A DNA stretch of 34,198 nt from an uncultured Thermotogaceae bacterium (GTDB lineage: Bacteria > Thermotogota > Thermotogae > MWEM01), in assembly GCA_964449405.1 (NCBI GenBank), contig CAYUYU010000002.1, positions 1 to 34,198 on the forward strand, in the 5' to 3' direction. The position numbers and the translations under genes are program-made. Positions 1 through 6,705 of this stretch are shown here, piece by piece. Every line of letters starts with the position of its first letter. Positions within the stretch are counted from its first letter, which is position 1. The notes under the pieces are model-generated. The model had not been told where the DNA came from and searched no databases. It worked only from the letters and a program-made list of their open reading frames with translations.

Positions 1-208
1 TGTATTTGATGTATTCACAATTTCCCTTCCTTTTGTATACGATGACAGCCCATATCATTGGGATTAAAACAACAACGATGATCATCATAACAAAAGAAAG
101 GGTCTTTCCCCCTTTAAGATACTCAACAACATAACCCAATACCAAAAATAAGCCAATCAAAGCGTTGATCAATATTGCGGTAAAATTCGTTCGTTTTAAA
201 TTGTCCAT
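1..208 (-). CDS. membrane protein, N-terminal 69 codons only (gene runs off the left edge)
   Basis: ATG at 208-206 (minus strand), 6 nt after AAGGA. Reads MDNLKRTNFTAILINALIGLFLVLGYVVEYLKGGKTLSFVMMIIVVVLIPMIWAVIVYKRKGNCEYIKY, with two hydrophobic helices, and stays open to base 1. Absent from the ORF track because no stop lies in the window. The family is not recognisable from this fragment. Confidence 0.5.
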   Translation of the reverse strand, partial: MDNLKRTNFTAILINALIGLFLVLGYVVEYLKGGKTLSFVMMIIVVVLIPMIWAVIVYKRKGNCEYIKY

Positions 209-237
209 TATCAATCCTTTTTGAATAAGTTTATTCA

Positions 238-246
238 ATTCTATCA
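238..246 (-). promoter_or_regulatory. candidate extended -10 promoter (TGaTAGAAT) for the leftward membrane-protein gene
   Basis: The reverse complement of 238-246 (attctatca) is TGATAGAAT, about 30 nt upstream of the ATG at 208. No good -35 element. Confidence 0.35.
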
Positions 247-333
247 TAGAAACTTAAAATTACAGTTACTCCAATGCGGTTTTGATATTACAAAGAATTA
301 TAAGTGGTTTTTTATTTTGCATATAAATCTAAC

Positions 334-362
334 TTGACAAATCCTTAAAAATGACTTATAAT
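334..362 (+). promoter_or_regulatory. sigma70-type promoter with perfect consensus TTGACA-17 nt-TATAAT
   Basis: TTGACA at 334-339, a 17-nt spacer at 340-356, and TATAAT at 357-362, about 45-55 nt upstream of the HTH gene start. A 7-nt direct repeat ACTTATA at 354-360 and 364-370 overlaps the -10/+1 region. Confidence 0.7.
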
Positions 363-406
363 TACTTATAGTGGAAATTAAATAAATTTACAAGTAATAA
401 TTAGGA

Positions 407-859
407 GTGACAAGGTTGAATAGAGAATATTATACGGTTAAACAAATCGCTCATTTACTGGAACTTCATGAGAAAACAGTTCAACGTTATATAAGAGAGG
501 CGAAAATTAAAGCTCAAAAAGTACGCAAAGCATGGCGTATTTCAAAGGAGAATTTGGATGATTTTACAGGAAAAACTGAAGAAGAGCAAGATGAAACACG
601 AAAAAAAAATAATGACATGGGTATCAGACCAAGAGCCATGGTATCAACCGTTGTTGATATTGATGAGTGTGAAAGGGAGGAAGCCATCCGCATTAGTAAT
701 ACGTTGACAGCCATCCTCAATTCCAGAAACTTTGAATTTGGCAACTCGACCATGCATACCCAGTATATAGAGCAGGAAAAAAAATTAAGGCTGATGTTAT
801 GGGGGCATCTTGAATTTATGGAGAATATTATCGCTTCTATCTCAGCGTTGGTGGATTAA
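407..859 (+). CDS. small DNA-binding protein: N-terminal excisionase/MerR-like HTH plus an uncharacterised ~75-aa C-terminal domain
   Basis: YYTVKQIAHLLELHEKTVQRYIREAKIKAQKVRKAWRISKENLDDF fits the excisionase-family HTH pattern. The GTG at 407 overlaps the AGGAG at 403-407, so the TTG at 416 (8 nt after AGGAG) is the more likely true start. Confidence 0.7.
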   Translation: MTRLNREYYTVKQIAHLLELHEKTVQRYIREAKIKAQKVRKAWRISKENLDDFTGKTEEEQDETRKKNNDMGIRPRAMVSTVVDIDECEREEAIRISNTLTAILNSRNFEFGNSTMHTQYIEQEKKLRLMLWGHLEFMENIIASISALVD

Positions 860-873
860 AAAGGAGAGAACAA

Positions 874-1239
874 ATGAAAATCATCAGGCATAATGACGAT
901 AGCATACTATTAATCGATAAAAATAAGAAGATTATTACTGCACAAGATTTATTAGATCACATCTCCGATGCACGATATTACAATAAATGCAACGCTGTGG
1001 TGGTTTATCAGAACAGTCTAAAGCAAGATTTTTTTGACCTGAAAAGCGGAATGGCAGGCGAAATCCTGCAGAAATGTTCAACGTACGGTATCAAAATAGC
1101 CATCATCGGTAATTTTGAAAAGTTTACCAGCAAAAGTTTAAAGGCGTTCATTACTGAAAGTAATAATGGAAATCAGGTCTTCTTTAAAAATAGTCTGGAG
1201 CAAGGACTCCATGCACTCACTGACCCAGCACATCCTTAA
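874..1239 (+). CDS. DUF4180 domain protein
   Basis: 121 aa. The core QDFFDLKSGMAGEILQKCSTYGIKIAIIGNFEKFTSKSLKAFITESNNGNQVFF matches my recollection of the DUF4180 family (FFDLKT..AGEILQK...Y..k.AIVGDF....SKSL.DFI.EsN.G..iFF). AAGGAGAG at 861-868 precedes the ATG at 874. The gap after the HTH gene is 14 nt. Confidence 0.7.
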   Translation: MKIIRHNDDSILLIDKNKKIITAQDLLDHISDARYYNKCNAVVVYQNSLKQDFFDLKSGMAGEILQKCSTYGIKIAIIGNFEKFTSKSLKAFITESNNGNQVFFKNSLEQGLHALTDPAHP

Positions 1240-1588
1240 AGTGTTTGATGTATAGATCAGGTTCACTGATGGAGATGACGTCCAGCCGGATATAATCCCA
1301 ATTGGATTCTTGATGATGAAGGTAATGACGCATGGTTCTTTCCAGTCGGTGCAATTTTTGTTGATTGACTCTAAGGAAAGGCTCAGGTGAATTTTTACCC
1401 CCTTTAACTTCAACAAAAATCAGTTCATTTTGGAAGGAACAGATGATATCAATTTCACCCAATCTGGTTCGGTAGTTTTTTTCAATAATCCGAAATTTCT
1501 TTTTTCGCAGATATTGACAGGCCATGTCTTCATACCGTTTGCCTTTATTTAGTGTGTTGCCTTTTTTATCCTTTTGAGACAACCACAT
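1217..1588 (-). CDS. yraN: YraN family (UPF0102) endonuclease-like protein
   Basis: GKRYEDMACQYLRKKKFRIIEKNYRTRLGEIDIICSFQNELIFVEVKGG is the YraN core. Start set at ATG 1588 (MWLSQ..., AAAGGA upstream) rather than at 1654, which would run 89 nt into gatC. The 3' end overlaps the convergent DUF4180 gene by 23 nt. Confidence 0.8.
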   Translation of the reverse strand: MWLSQKDKKGNTLNKGKRYEDMACQYLRKKKFRIIEKNYRTRLGEIDIICSFQNELIFVEVKGGKNSPEPFLRVNQQKLHRLERTMRHYLHHQESNWDYIRLDVISISEPDLYIKHFKDVLGQ

Positions 1589-1844
1589 AGTCTTCGATCC
1601 TTTCGGAAACATTGTCAAAAAATGCAAAGAGAGACTTCTCAGATGAATCTTCACGCAGCTTTTCAGGGTTCATTACCGACCGGATAATGGAAATCGACGG
1701 GCAATTTTCAGAATCTACAAGTTGATCTACAAATTCAAGCGCCTGGATTATCTCCAGGCGCAGTTTTTCTCTTTCATTTATATCAAGCTCAATTTTTGCA
1801 AGTTGTTCCAACCGGTGAATTAGGACACTATCAACTTTAATCAT
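1566..1844 (-). CDS. gatC: Asp/Glu-tRNA amidotransferase subunit C-like protein
   Basis: 92 aa. It has a GatC-like layout: an N-terminal LEQLAKIELDINEREKL helix, EFVDQL, then NPEKLREDSS and the C-terminal EDYVVVSKG. The ATG at 1844 overlaps the csrA stop by 8 nt. No gatA or gatB is present in the window. Confidence 0.6.
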   Translation of the reverse strand: MIKVDSVLIHRLEQLAKIELDINEREKLRLEIIQALEFVDQLVDSENCPSISIIRSVMNPEKLREDSSEKSLFAFFDNVSERIEDYVVVSKG

Positions 1845-2088
1845 TTTTATCTTTCAAATCTCCGAAAAGCCCGGACAATTCTCCCAAGGCTTCTTTTTTA
1901 ATCACAGATTCCCTGTTTTCCATATTTACCTGTCTGTACAATTCTTCTCGATAAATGGGGTATTCTTTTGGAGCATCTATCCCTAGCTTTACGGCTTTTC
2001 CGTCTATCCCTATTACTTTAAGGGTAATTCTACCTTCGGGGGTTTCGATATAGATTTCCTCTTCGCTCTTTCGGTTGAGTATCAGCAT
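1837..2088 (-). CDS. csrA: carbon storage regulator CsrA (FliW-partnered type with C-terminal extension)
   Basis: MLILNRKSEEEIYI...KLGIDAPKEYPIYREELY is the CsrA/RsmA signature. The gene lies directly after fliW (TAG followed by ATG with no gap). Confidence 0.9.
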   Translation of the reverse strand: MLILNRKSEEEIYIETPEGRITLKVIGIDGKAVKLGIDAPKEYPIYREELYRQVNMENRESVIKKEALGELSGLFGDLKDKND

Positions 2089-2559
2089 CTAATCATCCCC
2101 ATTTTTTTCGGGAGCAAGCTTTTTTGACCTTTCCAGTTCTTCTTTCAGGGAGTGGCGTAGTTTGTATTCGCTTTTTTCAGGGATGTATTGCAGAGCCAGG
2201 TTATTATCCAAATTAATGATAATGGGAGCAGCCAAATTCACAGTCATGGCGTCGGGTTTTGAACCGGGAATTCTAACGACGGCCAGGATAAATGCTTTTT
2301 CTTGATTGGTTATCTTTAAATATTCAACGATGTTTTTTGGGATATCAAGTTGATAATCATAGCGAATCAGCCAGGGATCGATAACCGGTAAAGATACTTC
2401 TCTATCCTCAAGTGAAACAAGCCACTGGATGGGCTTCGTGTCCTCCAGTGCGATGATGGCAAATTTTTTCAGAAACTCAAAACCGGGGATTCCCTGTTTG
2501 AATATAACAATATCCTTTTCCTCTATTTGAATTTCTCCAACATTTGTTTGTATGGTCAT
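2089..2559 (-). CDS. fliW: flagellar assembly factor FliW
   Basis: 156 aa. FKQGIPGFEFLKKFAII...PIQWLVSLEDREVSLPVIDPW...TVNLAAPIIIN matches the FliW family. It shows the classic fliW-csrA adjacency. Confidence 0.9.
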   Translation of the reverse strand: MTIQTNVGEIQIEEKDIVIFKQGIPGFEFLKKFAIIALEDTKPIQWLVSLEDREVSLPVIDPWLIRYDYQLDIPKNIVEYLKITNQEKAFILAVVRIPGSKPDAMTVNLAAPIIINLDNNLALQYIPEKSEYKLRHSLKEELERSKKLAPEKNGDD

Positions 2560-2570
2560 TTTAAACTCGA

Positions 2571-3302
2571 TTATTTTCCGACTTTTTCGGGGTTCGCCAA
2601 TAAATCAACGGTTTGTACAACCAACCAAACAGCTGCATCAGCGTATTGCTGAATTCTGAAATACTGTTCTTCAGTCAGTCCGGGGTTTTTTGTGGCGATA
2701 ACCAGAAGTCCGATGGTTGTTTCCCCGTTTTTCAGCGGATAAGCGAAATATCCCCTAACCCCTGCTTTAAGTTGGTACTCCCGGGCAGCCTCTTGATCAT
2801 AAGTCGATTCGGTGATTCTGATAGCGTTGGTTGTGAAATATCCCTTTCCCTCGTTGAAGGCTTTTGATAAAAGGCTTTCGTTTTTCAACAGGTCAAAATT
2901 GCGTTGAACAAAATTTTCAGGTGTACCAATTTCATCCGGTTGCGTAAATCGGTCCTCAATATAGATAAACGGTATTAATTGACTGCCGTTTGGCCATCTC
3001 TTTGTGTAGATGCCGACGAAATTATAATCTTCCCTGTGAAGCAATGAGACAACCAAATCTCTTAATTGATCCCAGCGTTCTACGTTGTACATGCCTTTGT
3101 CACTTAAAGGTGTTTTCCAGATATAATCGTCAATATCTTGATATTCTGTGACTTCGTTTTGAATGGTTTCCAACAGCAACATCATTTCTAATGCGTTGTC
3201 GTGTTCGTATTCCATTCCTTCTACTTTTACTTCAACAAGCCAATCGGCAAGCAAGGTTACAGAAAGTAAAACGATTAAAACAAGTATGGTTATTTTTTTC
3301 AT
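2571..3302 (-). CDS. exported or membrane-anchored hypothetical protein with a GAF-like C-terminal half
   Basis: N-terminal MKKITILVLIVLLSVTLLA is a signal peptide or anchor. The C-terminal GYFAYPLKNGETTIGLLVIATKNPGLTEEQYFRIQQYADAAVWLV resembles the end of a GAF fold. The gene sits 11 nt upstream of fliW. No family recognised. Confidence 0.6.
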   Translation of the reverse strand: MKKITILVLIVLLSVTLLADWLVEVKVEGMEYEHDNALEMMLLLETIQNEVTEYQDIDDYIWKTPLSDKGMYNVERWDQLRDLVVSLLHREDYNFVGIYTKRWPNGSQLIPFIYIEDRFTQPDEIGTPENFVQRNFDLLKNESLLSKAFNEGKGYFTTNAIRITESTYDQEAAREYQLKAGVRGYFAYPLKNGETTIGLLVIATKNPGLTEEQYFRIQQYADAAVWLVVQTVDLLANPEKVGK

Positions 3303-3336
3303 GTGTTTACCCCTCCATTGTTCTTCATTTAGTAAG

Positions 3337-3345
3337 ATTATATCA
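3337..3345 (-). promoter_or_regulatory. candidate extended -10 promoter (TGaTATAAT) for the 243-aa gene/fliW/csrA unit
   Basis: The reverse complement of 3337-3345 (attatatca) is TGATATAAT, about 35 nt upstream of the ATG at 3302. It lies in the only sizeable gap (91 nt) of this part of the minus-strand block. Confidence 0.4.
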
Positions 3346-3393
3346 CGATTCCACTCACACGGACAGATCAGTTTTGATTTTATCTGAACAATG

Positions 3394-5778
3394 TTATTGA
3401 TGTTCCTTTTCGGGTTCAGGATTTTTTGAATCGTGTTCGTGTTCTTCTTGCATCTTTTTATGGAATTTCTCCAGATTCTTTAGTAAGTAATAATTGACGG
3501 TATCTTTTGGGAATTTTCCCTTTTTCCCCTTTGTTCCTGCTGGTTTTCCTGTTAGAATTTCGATGGCTTCATATAGGTGTTTTACAGTCCAGATATGAAA
3601 ATCTCCTTTTTTGACGGCTTCGATTACCTCTTCTTTTAATATTAAAGAATCTAAGTTTTTATCGGGGATGATAACACCTTGTTCCCCAGTTAATCCACAT
3701 CTCTTGCAGATGCGATAGAATCCTTCAACCTTTTCGCTGATGCCCCCAACACTTTGAACCTCCCCTTTGAGACTCATAGAACCTGTTACAGCAATGCCTT
3801 GTTTTATAGGGACATGGCTGATGGCTGAAATTAAAGAAATCGTTTCAGCAATGGTGGCACTATCCCCGTCAATTTCTCCATAGGTTTGCTCGAAAGAGGT
3901 GGTGGCTTTTACAGATAAAGGAAAATCTTTTGAATAATTTGCTTCGAAAAAACTCTCTAAAGTTAAAACAGCCTTTTTGTAAATTTTTCCGCTCATATCC
4001 ACTTCTCGTTGAATATCCACAATTCCCGAGCTTCCAAGTGAATAATCCGAACTGATTCGGGCGGGGATTCCAAAGATATAATCACCGGTATTGAAAACAC
4101 TTAATCCGTTTAGCTCCCCGACAGCTTCACCATCGGTTTTTATGATGATATCTCCCTCGTAAATCATTTCATCAATCTTTTCCCGTTCAAGACTGACCCG
4201 ATGTTCTTTTAAGGCAAGGGTTTTTTTCAAAAGGGTCGAATCTATTTTTTCTATACCTTCCATTTTAGCAAGGCGAGAAGATTCGATTAGAAGATCAGAA
4301 ATCTTACTGAAGGTTGTTGATAGCTTCTGTTTAGAACCTGATAAACGCAACAGATGTTCGACAATGACTTGTACACCGTCAGGAGTAATTGTGTTCAACT
4401 GCTTTTCTTTGATGACTGTTTTCATGAATGCAGCCACTAACTTTCTGTTCTTAGGGGTATTATTGAGTTCATAATCAAATTCTGCTTTAATTCGAAACAG
4501 TTTTTCGAAATCAGGATCCATCTCGTAAAGCAAATCGTAAAGATAAGGCTCACCTATGAGAATCACTTTGATGTCCAATGGAATGGGTTCGGGTTTAATG
4601 GTGGCCAAGGAGGAATAACCACTCCTGCTTTCCACATTTTCAACGTTAATGCGTTGGGAGTACAACATTTTCTTTAACGTATCCCAAACGTAAAAGTCAT
4701 TCAACACATCTTTTGCCTCGATGATTATGTATCCTCCATTTGCCTTGTGAAAGGAACCGGGTTTAATCAGGGTGTGATCGGTATAGAGATATCCGTTTTT
4801 GGAAAGGTATTCAATCTTGCCAAAGAGATTGGAGTAGGTAGGATTCAGTTCGAATATAACAGGAGCACCTTCATCTCCGGTGTGATCTACAAACACATTA
4901 ATCTGATAACGGCTGTATAATCTTTGGATTTCCTCTTCATTGTCTCCCATTAATACCATCAGATTATCCATCATGTCATTGAGAATGTTATCCAAAAAGT
5001 CTGAAATATCTTTATACGAGCTGTATTTCTTCTCGTATTGGGAGAATATTGGTTTTAAGGCGAACTGAGCACTATCTACGTTCATTTTTTCGGATTCCTC
5101 TTCATACTCATTACTCAGCAGCCTTGATTTGTACAGATAGCCTTCCACCAACTGCTTGCATTTGACCAAGTTGGATTCGTAAGCTTCCCTTTCTTCACCT
5201 TCCAAATTGTCAATTTCCTCCTGGCTGACCCGTTTACCATCTTTGATTGGATTGGTGATAATGCCGTTTGGCGCTATTTTTAAACTGAAACCAAGTTCTT
5301 TGCTTTTGGATTTGATTTGATTCCACAATTGCTTTTGTTTTTCGTCATAATCTGCTTTTAATTCCTGGGCCTTTTGTTGATAGATCTCCCCCTCGAAAAG
5401 ATTATCAAGGGCCTTTAAGGAATCTTCCAAAAGTTTTTTAATATCCTTTTTAAGCTGTTTTGCCATACCAGCTTTTAAGGCAATGGCATTGGGACACCAT
5501 TGGTCGTTAAAGTTGTGAACATAGATCCAATCTGAAGCCGATCCGATAGCATTTGCCACTTTTTCAACCGTTTGCCTGACGAAGGTTCTGCGTCCTGTAC
5601 CTGTATCTCCGGCAACAAAGATATTATAATCACGGGATTTGATGTCAAAACCCGCTTGCATGGCTTCAAATGCCCTTGAATGAGCTTTTGTGCAGTCAAA
5701 TTCTTCCGTTAGCGTGTTGACAAAATCAAATTCCCCGTCTTTAAACAGCAGAAGGTCTTCATGCGTAATCTTTTTCAA
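3394..5778 (-). CDS. Lon-related protease, LonC-like (AAA-like domain with degenerate Walker motifs plus an S16 protease domain)
   Basis: The C-terminal Lon S16 domain has a Ser/Lys dyad context (EIDGDSATIAE ... VGGISEKVEGF). The N-terminal P-loop-like motif reads GDTGTGRRT, followed by a long charged coiled-coil insertion. TTG start at 5778 after AAAGGATGA. Confidence 0.85.
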   Translation of the reverse strand: MKKITHEDLLLFKDGEFDFVNTLTEEFDCTKAHSRAFEAMQAGFDIKSRDYNIFVAGDTGTGRRTFVRQTVEKVANAIGSASDWIYVHNFNDQWCPNAIALKAGMAKQLKKDIKKLLEDSLKALDNLFEGEIYQQKAQELKADYDEKQKQLWNQIKSKSKELGFSLKIAPNGIITNPIKDGKRVSQEEIDNLEGEEREAYESNLVKCKQLVEGYLYKSRLLSNEYEEESEKMNVDSAQFALKPIFSQYEKKYSSYKDISDFLDNILNDMMDNLMVLMGDNEEEIQRLYSRYQINVFVDHTGDEGAPVIFELNPTYSNLFGKIEYLSKNGYLYTDHTLIKPGSFHKANGGYIIIEAKDVLNDFYVWDTLKKMLYSQRINVENVESRSGYSSLATIKPEPIPLDIKVILIGEPYLYDLLYEMDPDFEKLFRIKAEFDYELNNTPKNRKLVAAFMKTVIKEKQLNTITPDGVQVIVEHLLRLSGSKQKLSTTFSKISDLLIESSRLAKMEGIEKIDSTLLKKTLALKEHRVSLEREKIDEMIYEGDIIIKTDGEAVGELNGLSVFNTGDYIFGIPARISSDYSLGSSGIVDIQREVDMSGKIYKKAVLTLESFFEANYSKDFPLSVKATTSFEQTYGEIDGDSATIAETISLISAISHVPIKQGIAVTGSMSLKGEVQSVGGISEKVEGFYRICKRCGLTGEQGVIIPDKNLDSLILKEEVIEAVKKGDFHIWTVKHLYEAIEILTGKPAGTKGKKGKFPKDTVNYYLLKNLEKFHKKMQEEHEHDSKNPEPEKEHQ

Positions 5779-5781
5779 CTG

Positions 5782-6705
5782 TCAATCATCCTTTCTTTTA
5801 AACATTCTTTCGAGTACTATTGTATCACTTAACGACCGTTCTGGGGAATAAGGTAAAGAAATCTTTACAAGATATTCGACATTTCCCTTGGAGCCTTTTA
5901 CTGGAGAGAGGGTAAAATCTTCAATCGTAAAACTCAACTCTTTACAATAGGTAAAAATCTTTTTAACAGCCTTATAACGATCTTTGTCGCTCTTGACAAC
6001 CCCTTTGACATTACATTCAGGGGGTAATTCAAATTGAGGTTTGATGAGAAAGACCGCCTCTCCCTTCGGAGATAACAACATATAGGCAATGGGCAAGATG
6101 TGAAAGAGAGAGATAAAAGACAGATCTCCGGTCATGAAGTCAATTTTTTCTTCAAAAGAGGTTTTATTCAGATATCTGGCATTTGTTTTATCCATAGGGA
6201 TAACCCTGGGATCTGAGCGTATCTTCCAATCTAATTGACCATAACCCACATCCACGGCATAGACCTTTTTGGCACTTTTCTGCAGGAGAATTTCGGTGAA
6301 ACCTCCGGTAGAGGCTCCCAAATCCACACAAACCTTGTCGGTTACCTGTATGTCAAACACTTCAAATGCCCGCTTTAATTTGAATGCCCCCCGGCTTACG
6401 TATGGAATGGCTATTGTTTTCAGTCGTATGACACAATCTTCTGAAAAACGCTTCCCGGCCTTTGTCACTTTTTCTTCATTAACGATGACGTTACCCAACA
6501 TGATTTCGGCCGCGGCCTTTGATCGGGATGAAAAAAAGCCTCGATCAACAAGGAGCTGATCGAGCCTTTTCTTATGATTACTATGATAAGGGTGTTGGTT
6601 GATTAGTCGTTGCCTCCGTTTAGTTTCGAAAAAGAGTTTTGCAAAGCTGCTCCTTGTTCCTGTAACCTGCCAAGTGTTTGTTCCAAATTTGAGTATTTTG
6701 CCCAA
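5782..6705 (-). CDS. tlyA: TlyA family rRNA 2'-O-methyltransferase (S4-like plus FtsJ-like domains); true start uncertain
   Basis: RLDQLLVDRGFFSSRSKAAAEI...PYVSRGAFKLKRAFEVF...CVDLGASTGGFTEILLQKSAKKVYAVDVGYGQLDWKIRSDPRV matches TlyA/YqxC. The only ATG/GTG/TTG upstream of the conserved N-terminus is the TTG at 6705, which gives a 103-nt overlap with fliD. See the finding on this start. Confidence 0.85.
   Translation of the reverse strand: MGKILKFGTNTWQVTGTRSSFAKLFFETKRRQRLINQHPYHSNHKKRLDQLLVDRGFFSSRSKAAAEIMLGNVIVNEEKVTKAGKRFSEDCVIRLKTIAIPYVSRGAFKLKRAFEVFDIQVTDKVCVDLGASTGGFTEILLQKSAKKVYAVDVGYGQLDWKIRSDPRVIPMDKTNARYLNKTSFEEKIDFMTGDLSFISLFHILPIAYMLLSPKGEAVFLIKPQFELPPECNVKGVVKSDKDRYKAVKKIFTYCKELSFTIEDFTLSPVKGSKGNVEYLVKISLPYSPERSLSDTIVLERMFKRKDD

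Noticed and set aside
3303-3393. Intrinsic terminators after the lon-like gene, after the kinase gene (30573-30600) and at the convergent 1217-1239 overlap
   Set aside because: Only a weak 5-bp stem (CAGAT...ATCTG with a 13-nt loop) and a GGAGA-g-TCTCC near-palindrome without a usable loop were found. Neither is followed by a proper U-tract, so no terminator is reported.
3394-5778. Lon-like protease as a BREX BrxL-type defence component
   Set aside because: No brx or pgl genes, methyltransferase-helicase partners or other defence genes flank it. It sits between tlyA and flagellar regulators in a core-looking operon.
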